In this document: piece by piece, positions 10,213-20,708 of the stretch
Layout of the letters: each line of letters opens with the position of its first letter
Position numbering within the stretch: the first letter of the stretch is position 1
Origin: Desulfatiglandales bacterium
Lineage (GTDB): Bacteria > Desulfobacterota > DSM-4660 > Desulfatiglandales > Desulfatiglandaceae
NCBI GenBank assembly: GCA_963662465.1
Contig: OY759599.1
Coordinates: forward strand, 8,032,001 to 8,096,000
Reading direction: 5' to 3'
Length of the DNA: 64,000 bases
Position numbers and translations under genes: made by a program
The notes under the pieces: model-generated
Database searches by the model: none
Seen by the model: only the letters and a program-made list of their open reading frames with translations
What the model was told of the DNA's origin: nothing

Positions 10213-12660
10213 TTATTCTTGAGCATTACGTTTTGCGTCATTCAGCACTTTTCGAACCATTTGGGCCATTCTTGATTTGGCAATTGGCTTCAAAAGAAAA
10301 CCTTTGATTCCAATGGAATCCGCCTTTCCTTTATCAATTTGCTCACTGAAACCGGTGCAAATGATGATGGGAATGTCCGATCTGATTGAAATCAGTTTTT
10401 TTGCCAATTTGTCACCTGTCATGTTCGGCATGCTCATATCCGAAATGACCATATCATAAGCGTTCGGATTGGCCGCAAAAGTTTCCAAAGCATCCAGACT
10501 ACTCGTTTGGACTGTTACGTGATAACCGAGGCGCTCAAGCATTTGTGTTCCAACTTGCACAATCAGTTTTTCATCATCAACGAACAGGATGCGCTCGTTT
10601 CCAGTTTTGTAATTTACATTTTTCTCCATTGATACTTTGCCGTTAGATTTTTCAATTAACGGCAGATACACGGTGAAGGTTGTCCCTTCGTTCAGTTCAC
10701 TTTCGACCTTAATGTCACCCCGGTGTTCTTTGACAATGCCATAGACGACGGCAAGTCCCAGTCCCGTTCCCTTGCCTTGTTCCTTGGTGGTAAAATAGGG
10801 CTCAAATATTTTTTTGATATTAAAAGGCTCTATGCCACACCCTGTGTCACAAACTGTAAACGTTACATATTTGCCGGACTCAATCACAAGGTCCGCAACA
10901 TCTTTATTTTCTAAATTAACTTCCTTCAACCGGACATTGATTTTTCCATCGGTATGTTCCACAGCGTGAAAAGCATTGGTGATCAGATTCATGGCGATTT
11001 GATGTACCTGAGTCGCATCAGCATTTACAAAACCACAATCCGTTTGGATGTGCTGCTTAATATCGATATTCGTAGGTATTGTCGACCGAGCCAGTTTGAG
11101 CACCTCCTTTAAAACATTTTGTATTCTTATGGGCATCATCTTGTGGTCGGTCTGGCGGCTGAATGCCAAGATTTGCTGGACGAGATTGCTCCCCCTTTCA
11201 GCGGCTTTTAGAATCTGTTGTGCGTTTTGGTGCTCAAGGCTGTCTGGAGCTAGGTCTTCCACCAACAACTCGGCCAATCCCATAATCGGAAATAAAATGT
11301 TGTTAAAATCGTGAGCGATACCGCCGGCCAGGTTACCGATGGATTCCAACTTCTGGGCCTGTTGCAACAGGCCAATAAGTTTTATGTTTTCCTCTTCCTT
11401 GGCTTTTTTGTCCGTGATGTCTATCAGTACCCCAATCAGTCCCGCAACATTTCCCTTGCTGTCAGTAAAAGTTGCCTTATTGAAGATGAAATCACACAGC
11501 CGGCCACGCGCACTTTTCATCTGAGACTCGTAACGCTGAACCCCTCCACCGCTGAAGAGCTTGTCATCCTGGGCGCTATATATTTCAGCAAGTTCCGGCG
11601 GATTAATATCAAATACGGACTTACCTATGAGCTTTTCTTTTTTTTCACCAAAAAACGTCTCAAAGGCCTTGTTGAATCCAAGATATTTCCCATCCCTGTC
11701 TTTGTAAAAGATGGGCGTTGGGATTGCATCGATCAGGTTTTTTAAAAACGCTTCACTCTCTTGCAAAGCCTCCTCCACCCGCTTACGTTCGGTGATGTCG
11801 AGACCGATGCCATTCCAGACGATTCCACCATCCGGGCGTAAGCTTGGAATGGAGGAAGCATGAATCCAAATCCGTTCACCGGTTTTCTTAATACATCGAT
11901 GAATGACATTATAAGGCGTCATGGTGACTGCGGACGCCTCTATGGCCCTGGTCACCGTATCACGATCCGGCTGTGGTATCCGATCAAAGACCAGATGGGG
12001 GTTTGCCAGGATCTCTTCGGGATGATAACCAAATAGATTTAAGCAGTTATCTCCCACATATTGGAAATATGAATCACCTTCAGTACTGAGGACAAATTGA
12101 TAGGCTGTCCCGGGAAGGTTCTTCACAAGATCCTGACACTGTTTCTCACTTTCCATGAGTGAGCATGCCGTCAATTGGTGCTCGGCTTTCTCGTTTTTCA
12201 ATTCCGCGCTTCGCCGTTCAAGGAACTTCTCCAACAAGCGTTGGTGCTCCTTCAATTCTTTCTCAGCATTGACTAATCTCAGCTGGGCCTTCACCCGTGC
12301 CAATAGTTCATGGTTTTGGATGGGTCGTAGGATGTAATCATCCGCACCCTCTTCAAGACCGAAAACCTTGTCGTCAGTAGCCAAACGCTTACCTGTAATT
12401 AGAATCACATGAATACCGGATGTCATTTCACCGGTCTTCAGGCTTCGACAGACTTCAACGCCATCCATATCAGGCAGGACTACATCCAACAAAATAAGAT
12501 CCGGAAGATGCTCCCGGGCCAGATCAAGCGCTTTTTGACCGGTTTCCGCGTTTAGAACTTCATACCCGGTCTCTTTCAGGATTCTTGAAGTGGCAAACAG
12601 CACCTCCGGTTCGTCATCGACAACCAGAACTTTTGTATCCATTGTCATATTGGCCGCCAT
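10213..12660 (-). CDS. Hybrid histidine kinase (REC-PAS-PAS-HisKA-HATPase-REC)
   Basis: N-terminal REC, GGIAHDFNNIL, GTGLGL, C-terminal REC. Confidence 0.96.
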   Translation of the reverse strand: MAANMTMDTKVLVVDDEPEVLFATSRILKETGYEVLNAETGQKALDLAREHLPDLILLDVVLPDMDGVEVCRSLKTGEMTSGIHVILITGKRLATDDKVFGLEEGADDYILRPIQNHELLARVKAQLRLVNAEKELKEHQRLLEKFLERRSAELKNEKAEHQLTACSLMESEKQCQDLVKNLPGTAYQFVLSTEGDSYFQYVGDNCLNLFGYHPEEILANPHLVFDRIPQPDRDTVTRAIEASAVTMTPYNVIHRCIKKTGERIWIHASSIPSLRPDGGIVWNGIGLDITERKRVEEALQESEAFLKNLIDAIPTPIFYKDRDGKYLGFNKAFETFFGEKKEKLIGKSVFDINPPELAEIYSAQDDKLFSGGGVQRYESQMKSARGRLCDFIFNKATFTDSKGNVAGLIGVLIDITDKKAKEEENIKLIGLLQQAQKLESIGNLAGGIAHDFNNILFPIMGLAELLVEDLAPDSLEHQNAQQILKAAERGSNLVQQILAFSRQTDHKMMPIRIQNVLKEVLKLARSTIPTNIDIKQHIQTDCGFVNADATQVHQIAMNLITNAFHAVEHTDGKINVRLKEVNLENKDVADLVIESGKYVTFTVCDTGCGIEPFNIKKIFEPYFTTKEQGKGTGLGLAVVYGIVKEHRGDIKVESELNEGTTFTVYLPLIEKSNGKVSMEKNVNYKTGNERILFVDDEKLIVQVGTQMLERLGYHVTVQTSSLDALETFAANPNAYDMVISDMSMPNMTGDKLAKKLISIRSDIPIIICTGFSEQIDKGKADSIGIKGFLLKPIAKSRMAQMVRKVLNDAKRNAQE

Positions 12661-12859
12661 TTTGAGAAAAGGGTTTGTGACACCTAAATGAAATCCCGTT
12701 TGTTCAATTCATCGGTACGCTTGGATGGAAACCGCCGTATTTGAATGGTACTGGTATTTTCATCAGAGATGTAGAATAAGGGATTATAAGAAGAAATCGG
12801 AAATGTGTCGATCATTTTCTGTAAATAGTTGCTCCAGAAAGATTGAGGTCAGGCATAAA

Positions 12860-12958
12860 ATGGACGATTACTTGAGCAAACCGGTCCGACCCGCTGACAT
12901 TCGAAAAGCCTTGCTGCGAGCCGGAGTATCGGAATCGGGAGACTTAGACGGGCGGTGA
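12860..12958 (+). pseudogene. Receiver-domain C-terminal remnant
   Basis: MDDYLSKPV...DIRKAL; the same tail recurs at 25556-25618. Confidence 0.7.
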
Positions 12959-13123
12959 GAGCAATTTGATATCATCACCAAATCTGTAAGTCGCTAATTT
13001 TCCGAGCAGTCAAACCGCTTTATGGTTGACAGAAAACGGATTTGCGGAAACAATGAGCCGTTGAGAACACATCCCGATCAAAACAACGCTTTATCGGAGC
13101 CCAAGCCATGTTCGATAGTCCGA

Positions 13124-13208
<85 letters not shown>

Positions 13209-13250
13209 CTTTTAATTTTAAAAGAAGATTGTTTAAAAACACCCCATAAT

Positions 13251-13285
13251 GCCCCGGCGCCCATGAAGATGCCGGGGCTTTTTTT
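13251..13285 (+). terminator. Intrinsic terminator-like hairpin
   Basis: GCCCCGGC...GCCGGGGC stem followed by T7. Confidence 0.7.
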
Positions 13286-13385
13286 AGTGCCGGCGTCCCG
13301 GGTCCCGATCAAGGCTGATGAAACAATGATTCCCATATCAACTACGCCGTCTGATTTTTTCTGATCCCTTAGGAGGCCAACGGCC

Positions 13386-14915
13386 ATGCCCACAAAAAAG
13401 AAAAAAGCGCCGTCCGCCAATGAAACTTCTTTGGAAAAGGCCAAACAAGAGAAAAAACCAAAAGATGCCGACAGCTATGCCCGGCGCCCTTTTCCGGCGT
13501 CATTAGATAAAATCAAACTCGAAGAACCCCCGATAAAAAACCAGATACGGAAAATTTCTGCCTTGATTCGCAGCGCCACCGGCCACGATTTTTCCCATTA
13601 CAAACCGGGCGCCATTGCCCGTTGCATTGAACATCGCCTGGCGGTTCACCAGATAACGGCGTTGTCCGATTACGTCCGCTATCTCCGGAAAAATCCCGCC
13701 GAGATCGACGTGCTTTTCAAGAGTCTGCTCATCGGGGTCACCCGTTTTTTCAGGGACGGGGAAGCCTACGATCTGCTTAAAGGGCAGGCGCTGCCGGCCT
13801 TGTTGAGCCAAAAAGATCCGGATGCGACCGTCCGTTTCTGGGTTGCGGGCTGTTCTACCGGTGAAGAAGCCTACTCGTTGGGCATGGTCCTTTCCGAAGT
13901 GATGGATAGCCTCAAAAGACAATTCAACGTTAAAATCTTTGCCACGGATATCGATGGGGCCGCACTGGATATTGCCCGCAAGGGGGTCTATCCGGAAAAT
14001 ATCGGCGCGGATGTTTCAAAGGAGCGCCTGAACCGGTTTTTCATCAAAGAGCCGGGATTGTTCAAGGTCAGCGAACCCCTTCGCAGCAGGGTCATTTTTT
14101 CTCTTCAAAATGTCATTAAAGATCCACCCTTTTCCCGGCTTGACCTGGTGAGTTGCCGAAACCTCATGATCTATATGGACAGTGTCCTGCAGGAAAAAAT
14201 CATCCCCCTGTTTCACTATACCCTGAACCCGGGCGGGATTCTTTTGTTGGGCACATCCGAAAGCATCGGCGAACACAGGGATTTTTTTAAGCCCATCAAT
14301 AGCAAATGGAAAATTTTTGAACGAAAGAAAGGGGTTGCCCAAACGATCCCTGCTTATTCCCCCGGTGTCGATTACTTCACCCGGCGAAGAACAGAATCGA
14401 ACGACAATCCGCCGACAGCCGGCGCCATCCGGGAAATGGCGGAAAGGGGAATACTAGATGGGTATGTGCCCGCCGGTGTCCTGGTCAATGATCAATGCGA
14501 AATCCTGCATTTTGTGGGTAAAACGGAGAGATTCCTAACGCTGCCCCCGGGGAAGCCCAGTTTCAATATCCTGAATATGGCGCGGGAGGATCTCAAACCG
14601 CCGCTGATGACATTACTTCACAAAGCAGTCAGGGAAAAAACGAACAGATCCTTAAAGAACGTTCGCATCAAGAATAAAGATGCGCTCTGCATTGTGGACC
14701 TGCCCGTCAAACAGATGAGACCCGGCTTTATGCTGGTCATATTTGAGGATAAAACGCCGGAAAGGGCAGGGGATAAAGAAGCGTCCGGCCCACTGAAAAC
14801 AAAAAGCCTTGATACGGATCTCCAAAATCTCGAACATGAACTGCAAGCGACCCGGGAATATCTTCAGGCGACCATCGAGGAGCTGGAAACCTCCAAAGGT
14901 CGCTCAATGACCTGA
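13386..14915 (+). CDS. CheR-type methyltransferase + PAS, from a CheB/CheR fusion with the CheB domain missing and C-terminus frameshifted
   Basis: GHDFSHYK, IGVTRFFRD, AGCSTGEEAYS, SCRNLMIY; ends in LEHELQATREYLQATIEELETS coiled coil, then leaves frame. Confidence 0.85.
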   Translation: MPTKKKKAPSANETSLEKAKQEKKPKDADSYARRPFPASLDKIKLEEPPIKNQIRKISALIRSATGHDFSHYKPGAIARCIEHRLAVHQITALSDYVRYLRKNPAEIDVLFKSLLIGVTRFFRDGEAYDLLKGQALPALLSQKDPDATVRFWVAGCSTGEEAYSLGMVLSEVMDSLKRQFNVKIFATDIDGAALDIARKGVYPENIGADVSKERLNRFFIKEPGLFKVSEPLRSRVIFSLQNVIKDPPFSRLDLVSCRNLMIYMDSVLQEKIIPLFHYTLNPGGILLLGTSESIGEHRDFFKPINSKWKIFERKKGVAQTIPAYSPGVDYFTRRRTESNDNPPTAGAIREMAERGILDGYVPAGVLVNDQCEILHFVGKTERFLTLPPGKPSFNILNMAREDLKPPLMTLLHKAVREKTNRSLKNVRIKNKDALCIVDLPVKQMRPGFMLVIFEDKTPERAGDKEASGPLKTKSLDTDLQNLEHELQATREYLQATIEELETSKGRSMT

Positions 14916-15484
14916 AAACCCTCTTTCCGGATGTGGATTTGGGCGGCCTGGGGGAAAAAGTCCTCAAAGACCTCAATACCGTGGAGCGGGAAATCCTCTC
15001 AAAAGATTTGAGCTGGTATGCCATGAAGATCATGCCGTATCGGACCACCCGGAATATCATTGCCGGTGTGGTGATGACTTTTGTGGATATCCACAAGATC
15101 AAACAAGCGGATAAAATCAGGCGTTTGGCCGCTGTTCTGGAAGATGCCAATGATGCCGTCACCGTGCTGGATTTGAAGGGGCGGATTCTTTCCTGGAACA
15201 AGGGGGCGCGGGAACTGTACGGCTGGACCGAATCGGAGGCCCTGCAAAGGAATTTTTCGGCCCTTGTTCCAAAGGACCGTGAGAAGGAGTTCGGAGAAAT
15301 TGTCGATAAACTGATGAAAAACAAAACCATCAAATCCTTCAAGACCCAGCGGATTACCAAAGACGGCGATATTCCGGATATCTGGTTGACGGCAAGCGCA
15401 TTGACCGATGAAAACGGCCGGGTCGTCGAGATAGCGATCACGGAGCGTGATCCGGCGTGGTTGGCGGAAAGGGAGGAGGACTGA
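14907..15484 (+). pseudogene. Detached C-terminal PAS part of the CheB/CheR fusion
   Basis: LNDLKTLFPD...WYAMKIMPYRT...GVVMTFVDI plus a second PAS continue the upstream gene in another frame; the intervening NEELQS repeat segment is absent. Confidence 0.75.
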
Positions 15485-15486
15485 AA

Positions 15487-18120
15487 ATGGCGAAAACGGA
15501 GAATATAACAGACGGAGCAGAACTCAGGCGGGTTGCCGAAGCGGCTTTGGAAACCTCACCCCGTGAAGATGATGATCTTTCAGGGATTTCTCCTGAAGCC
15601 GCAGCGAACCTGATCCACGAGCTTCGCGTACACCAGGTCGAACTGGAAATGCAGAATGAAGCGCTCTTACGGGTTCAACTGGAACTGGCAGCGGAAAGGA
15701 ATAAATATTCCGACCTCTATGACTTTGCCCCTGTCGGTTACTTTACGATCAGCGATAAGGGAGTGATTCTGGAAGCAAATCTCACTGCTGCCGCCATGTT
15801 GGGTGTGGAAAGGGGCATATTGGCAGGGTCCTCTTTCCATGATTACATCACCACGGATGACCAGGACATTTTCTATAAATACCGACAACAGTTTTCGGAA
15901 ACAGAGGCGCCCCGGTCCTGTGATCTTCGGCTTGTGAAAAGGGACGGCCATGATTTTTATGCCCGATTGGAATGCAGCGTCATAACCGGCAGGGGGAACG
16001 ATTTAAAGCAGATCCGGATGGCGGTAAGCGATGTCGCCGAGCGCAAACAGGCAGAAGAGGCACTGCTGAAAGCCCATTATGAAGTCGAAGATAAGGTGGT
16101 GGAACGCACTGCCGAATTAGCGAAGACGAACCACGAATTAACGGGGGAGATCGATGAGCGCAAACAGGCGGAAGAGGCGCTGCGCCGCATCCAGTTAATG
16201 TTGGCGCGGACTGAACGTATCGCGCATATCGGCAGTTGGGAATGGAACATCGCTACGGATTCGGTCATTTGGTCGGAGGAACTCTTCCGCATTTTTCAGC
16301 TTGACCCCGAGGGAGGAGCGCCCGGTTGGTCGGAACACTCTGCCTTGTATCATCCCGAAGATATGACCTTCCTGCACCAGGCTGTTGAAAGGGCGGTATC
16401 CGATGGAACGTCTTATGAACTGGAGCTGCGTGCGTTACGGAAAGACGGAGAAACCCGCGTTTGTCTTGCCCGTGGATATCCGGAAATGGATTTGAATGGC
16501 AGGGTTGTGCGTCTGTTCGGTTGTTTACAGGACATTACGGATTCCAAGGCGGCGGAGCAGGCACTGCTTCAAAGTGAAACAAAACTGAGAACCATCCTGG
16601 ATAGTCTGCCGGAAATGATTTTAGAAGTCGATCCGGAACTAAAGATCCATTGGGCCAATAAAACAGCGCTGGATTTGAATCCGCATGCGGTCGGCCAAAC
16701 CTGCTATAAGGCATTTCCTCATCAAGAAAAGATTTGCGAGGGTTGCGTCTGCCATAAGGCCCTGGAAACCGGTAACATAGAAATGGGTATTATGTATCAG
16801 CCCGAATCAAAAACCGCCGGAGAAAGCTACTGGGAAAATATCGGCGTTCCCTTGAGGAACAGTGACGGCAATGTCGTAAAAATGATTGAAATTTCAAGAA
16901 ATGTGACCGAACGTGAATTGTCCCGGGAAAGGGAAAAGATACTCCAGAGTTCGCTGATCCATGCCCGGAAAATGGAAAGCATCGCCACGTTGACCGGTGG
17001 CATCGCCCATGACTACAATAATCTGATGTCCATCGTCATGGGCAACCTGTCCATGGCCATGGAGGAAGTAGCGCCTGGCTCTCTTCTGGCGGATTTTCTC
17101 AGTGAGGCAAACACCGCCTCTCACAAAGTGCGGGATCTGACCCATGAACTCATGTCCCTTTCCAGAGGGGGCGATCCTGTCAAGAAATTGGGATCTTTAG
17201 AGAAGCTATTGAAAAATACCGAAAGCCTGATTCCTGCCGATAGCGATATTTCACTCAAAAAAACCATTCAGCCGGACCTGTGGCCGGCCCATTATGATCA
17301 GTATAAAATGGGAGCCGTCTTTAGAAATGTGGTGACCAATGCGGTGGAGGCCATGCCGGACGGGGGAAACCTTAACGTGAAAGCAGAGAACCTGCGAATT
17401 GAGGATAAGGAACAATATCCCGGACTGCCCCTCAAGCCGGGCGATTATGCACACATTGCCATTCAAGATCAGGGAGTGGGGATTCCGGAAGAAAACCTGA
17501 CCAAAATCTTCGATCCGTATTTCTCCACCAAGGGCATGGGCGTTCAGAAAGGAATGGGCCTGGGGCTCGCCACGGCATACGCGATTGTACACAAGCATGG
17601 GGGGCATATTGTCGTCGACTCAACTCCCGGTATGGGAACAACGGTAAACATCTATCTCCCGGCCACTGCCGCGGAGAGCAAAGTGCAAAGAGCAGAGCGT
17701 CCTGAACCGGGTCCCCAATCGTCAATCGCCAATCAACAATCATCAATTCCAAGGATTCTGGTCATGGACGATGAGGAGATGCTGAGGAACCTGGCGGAAA
17801 AAATGTTGAAAAGACTTGGATACGCGGTAGAAACCGTAAAAGACGGAATTGAAGCCATTGAAGTTTACAACAGGCAAAGGGATTCAGGAGAGACTTTTGA
17901 AGCGGTTATCCTGGACCTCACCATCAAGGGTGGCATGGGCGGCGAGCAGACCATCAAGGAACTCCTCAAAATCAATCCGGATGTGAAGGCTATTGTGTGC
18001 AGCGGCTATTTCAATGACCCGGTATTGACCAAGCATGCGGAATACGGTTTTCAGGGCGCCATGGCCAAGCCTTATCAAAAGAACGATCTCGAGCGTCTCT
18101 TGAAAGAAATTCGGGGGTAA
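15487..18120 (+). CDS. Hybrid histidine kinase (multi-PAS-HisKA-HATPase-REC)
   Basis: HELRVHQVELEMQNE coil, GGIAHDYNNL, GMGLGL, REC; GGAGGAGG SD before ATG 15487. Confidence 0.95.
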   Translation: MAKTENITDGAELRRVAEAALETSPREDDDLSGISPEAAANLIHELRVHQVELEMQNEALLRVQLELAAERNKYSDLYDFAPVGYFTISDKGVILEANLTAAAMLGVERGILAGSSFHDYITTDDQDIFYKYRQQFSETEAPRSCDLRLVKRDGHDFYARLECSVITGRGNDLKQIRMAVSDVAERKQAEEALLKAHYEVEDKVVERTAELAKTNHELTGEIDERKQAEEALRRIQLMLARTERIAHIGSWEWNIATDSVIWSEELFRIFQLDPEGGAPGWSEHSALYHPEDMTFLHQAVERAVSDGTSYELELRALRKDGETRVCLARGYPEMDLNGRVVRLFGCLQDITDSKAAEQALLQSETKLRTILDSLPEMILEVDPELKIHWANKTALDLNPHAVGQTCYKAFPHQEKICEGCVCHKALETGNIEMGIMYQPESKTAGESYWENIGVPLRNSDGNVVKMIEISRNVTERELSREREKILQSSLIHARKMESIATLTGGIAHDYNNLMSIVMGNLSMAMEEVAPGSLLADFLSEANTASHKVRDLTHELMSLSRGGDPVKKLGSLEKLLKNTESLIPADSDISLKKTIQPDLWPAHYDQYKMGAVFRNVVTNAVEAMPDGGNLNVKAENLRIEDKEQYPGLPLKPGDYAHIAIQDQGVGIPEENLTKIFDPYFSTKGMGVQKGMGLGLATAYAIVHKHGGHIVVDSTPGMGTTVNIYLPATAAESKVQRAERPEPGPQSSIANQQSSIPRILVMDDEEMLRNLAEKMLKRLGYAVETVKDGIEAIEVYNRQRDSGETFEAVILDLTIKGGMGGEQTIKELLKINPDVKAIVCSGYFNDPVLTKHAEYGFQGAMAKPYQKNDLERLLKEIRG

Positions 18121-18124
18121 TCAA

Positions 18125-18295
18125 CCACAAGTATTTCGGGAACAAATTGAGCCGTATTTTGGCTCGCCCGTTCTTATAAAATCAGGCAAGGCGCATCCGC
18201 CAGTGCATATTTGTGAATATGTGCCGGCGGGTGCAACGCAGTAGACGGGCCAAAGGACAAGCAAGATGGTGGAGATATTTTTTGCCGAGGTCCTA
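18125..18295. repeat. Palindromic intergenic REP/MITE-like element
   Basis: Hairpin GCATCCGCCAGTGCATATT (18193-18211) / AATATGTGCCGGCGGGTGC (18216-18234) with G-T pairs; outer limits approximate. Confidence 0.5.
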
Positions 18296-18463
18296 ACTCC
18301 TTGAAGAAAAGGATTGCGCTCAAGACGGGACAAATATTTTTCCCTCGAAAATCCGAAGGCAACTATGGGGGTGAACCATGAGCAATAGATTTTGCCGGCC
18401 TGAAAAATATTTAAGATGCGATTCTGATTCCCTTTTGCGGGGTCAAGTCAATGGGAGGCTTTT

Positions 18464-20578
18464 TTGATGTCCGAAAAACCACGATATGAGGAATTGGAAC
18501 AAAAGATCAAAGAGCTGGAAAATAAGGTGGCGGAACTCCGAGGGAACAATGAGCGGTTTTCAGCAGCCATCCATACCAGCCCCGTGCCGACCGCTCAGGG
18601 CGTTATCGACCGGATGTTCGACGCTTTTGCGCTGCACGAGATCATTTGCGACGGTCGGGGGAAACCGGTTGACTATCGTTTCCTGGCCGTCAATCCGGCA
18701 TTTGAACGGATGACCGGACTCAAAGGGGATGATATCCTGGGGCGAACCGTTCTGGAAGTCCTTCCCGGCACGGAGCCGTACTGGATCGCAACCTATGGTG
18801 AGGTCGCCGTTACCGGCGAACCGGCCCTTTTCGAAAACTATTCCGCCGAACTGAAGAAGCATTTTCAGGTTAGCGTCTTCTGTCCCGGCCCCAACCGGTT
18901 CGCCTGCATTTTTGTCGACATTACCATGCGCAAGCGGGCGGAAGAGAAGTTGCGGGAAAACGATGCAAGACTCAGGGCTATCCTCGAAGCATTCCCCGGA
19001 ATGCTCAATGCCGTAGACAGCAATTACAACATTATATGCGCGAGCAGGAAACTTGTGGAAAGTGTGGGCCTTCATCATTTGGAAGATGCCGTGGGAGGCA
19101 AATGTTATCGCGTATTGAAAAAGCGCGACGCCATTTGCCCTGAATGCGGAGTGGTGGATGTCCTTGCCGCCGGGCAACCCTTCGTCAGGCATTGCACTCT
19201 GGATGAGGCGAAACTTACAGGCATGAGAAGCGACCTCCATATCTCTCCCATTCTCTGCAAAGATGGACGGGTGATTGGGGCGGTGGAGATCATGCTCGAT
19301 ATGTCGGCGCGTCTGCAGGCAGAGGAAGCCCTGCGGGAAAGTGAACAATGGATGTCCCTGGCGATTGAGGGAACCGGCGCCGGGTTGTGGGACTGGCATG
19401 TCCAAACCGGCAAAACCGTGTTCAACGAACGTTGGGCCGAAATGCTGGGTTACCGCCTGGCCGAATTCGAACCGACAAGCATTGGAACCTGGGAAGATCT
19501 CTGCCATCCCAATGATCTTCCTTTATCGCTGGAACGGATCGAAGCGCACGTTGCCGGCGTAACGGACGGGTATGAATGCGATATCCGCATGCGCCACAAA
19601 GACGGCCACTGGGTGTGGGTGCAGGACAGGGGCAAGGTGGTGGCCTGGGATGCCGACGGCAGGCCGCTGCGCATGTGCGGCACGCATCTGGACATCAGCG
19701 CCCGAAAAAGTCTGGAGCAAAAGCGTCTGATGATGGAAATCACTCTGCAAAAACTCCAAAAATCCGAAAGCCTGGGCCGAATGGCCGGGGCCATTGCCCA
19801 CCACTTCAACAACCAGCTCCAGGCCGTAATGGGGTACCTGGAGCTGGCCATGGGCGATTCGTCGGGAAATACCGCACTCCGTGAGGACCTGACCGAGGCC
19901 ATGAAGGCGGCCCGGAGGGCGGCCGAGGTGAGCGGTCTGATGCTGGTTTACCTCGGCCAAAAGACCGGCAAACGGGCGACGATGGATCTTTCCGAGGCCT
20001 GCGGGTCGGGCCTTCCCCTGCTTCAAACCGTCATGCCCAAAAACATCCTCATGGAAACCGATCTGCCGGCCCCGGGACCTGCCATCCGAGCCAACGCGAA
20101 CCAGATCCAACAGGTTTTGACCAACCTGGTCACCAATGCCTGGGAAGCCATGGCCGAGGGTGGGGGCGAAATTCGCCTGACCGTCAAGACCGTTTCAGCA
20201 GAGGATATCCCCAAATCGCACCGATTCCCAATCGATTGGCGGCCCCAGGATGAGAGCTATGCCTGCCTGGAAGTGGGCGACACCGGCTGCGGAATCGAGG
20301 AGCAGAATATGGAAAACCTCTTCGATCCGTTTTTTTCCACAAAGTTTACCGGTCGTGGCCTGGGATTGCCCGTGGTGGTCGGAATTGCAGGGGCACATGG
20401 AGGCCTGGTCACGGTGGAAAGCGGGGCCGGAGGGCGGAAGTCGGAGGACGGAGGGCAGAGGACGGAGGACGGAGAACAGGGGACGAAGGGCAGGGGGAGT
20501 GTGTTTCGGGTCTTTTTTCCTTTGTCGCTTGAAGAGGTCATCCGGCAGCCGGAAAAACCGTTGGTTCCGGGCATCTGA
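18464..20578 (+). CDS. Multi-PAS histidine kinase without receiver domain
   Basis: GAIAHHFNNQL H-box, GDTGCG, GRGLGL; ends soon after the HATPase; carries a heptamer-repeat insert. Confidence 0.9.
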   Translation: MMSEKPRYEELEQKIKELENKVAELRGNNERFSAAIHTSPVPTAQGVIDRMFDAFALHEIICDGRGKPVDYRFLAVNPAFERMTGLKGDDILGRTVLEVLPGTEPYWIATYGEVAVTGEPALFENYSAELKKHFQVSVFCPGPNRFACIFVDITMRKRAEEKLRENDARLRAILEAFPGMLNAVDSNYNIICASRKLVESVGLHHLEDAVGGKCYRVLKKRDAICPECGVVDVLAAGQPFVRHCTLDEAKLTGMRSDLHISPILCKDGRVIGAVEIMLDMSARLQAEEALRESEQWMSLAIEGTGAGLWDWHVQTGKTVFNERWAEMLGYRLAEFEPTSIGTWEDLCHPNDLPLSLERIEAHVAGVTDGYECDIRMRHKDGHWVWVQDRGKVVAWDADGRPLRMCGTHLDISARKSLEQKRLMMEITLQKLQKSESLGRMAGAIAHHFNNQLQAVMGYLELAMGDSSGNTALREDLTEAMKAARRAAEVSGLMLVYLGQKTGKRATMDLSEACGSGLPLLQTVMPKNILMETDLPAPGPAIRANANQIQQVLTNLVTNAWEAMAEGGGEIRLTVKTVSAEDIPKSHRFPIDWRPQDESYACLEVGDTGCGIEEQNMENLFDPFFSTKFTGRGLGLPVVVGIAGAHGGLVTVESGAGGRKSEDGGQRTEDGEQGTKGRGSVFRVFFPLSLEEVIRQPEKPLVPGI
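20428..20497 (+). repeat. Ten degenerate 7-bp tandem repeats (CGGAGGA-like) inside the HATPase coding region
   Basis: CGGAGGG CGGAAGT CGGAGGA CGGAGGG CAGAGGA CGGAGGA CGGAGAA CAGGGGA CGAAGGG CAGGGGG. Confidence 0.9.
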
Positions 20579-20708
20579 ACCTCACCGCGAAAGTTGAATA
20601 ACGCTTCGGGAGAAAAGAGCCAGGGAACAAAAACAGGAGATGTGTCGAGCATAAAGTGCGTCTTCCGGCAAGAAGTAGAAACATACCCGGCAATATAAAT
20701 TGTAAGTT

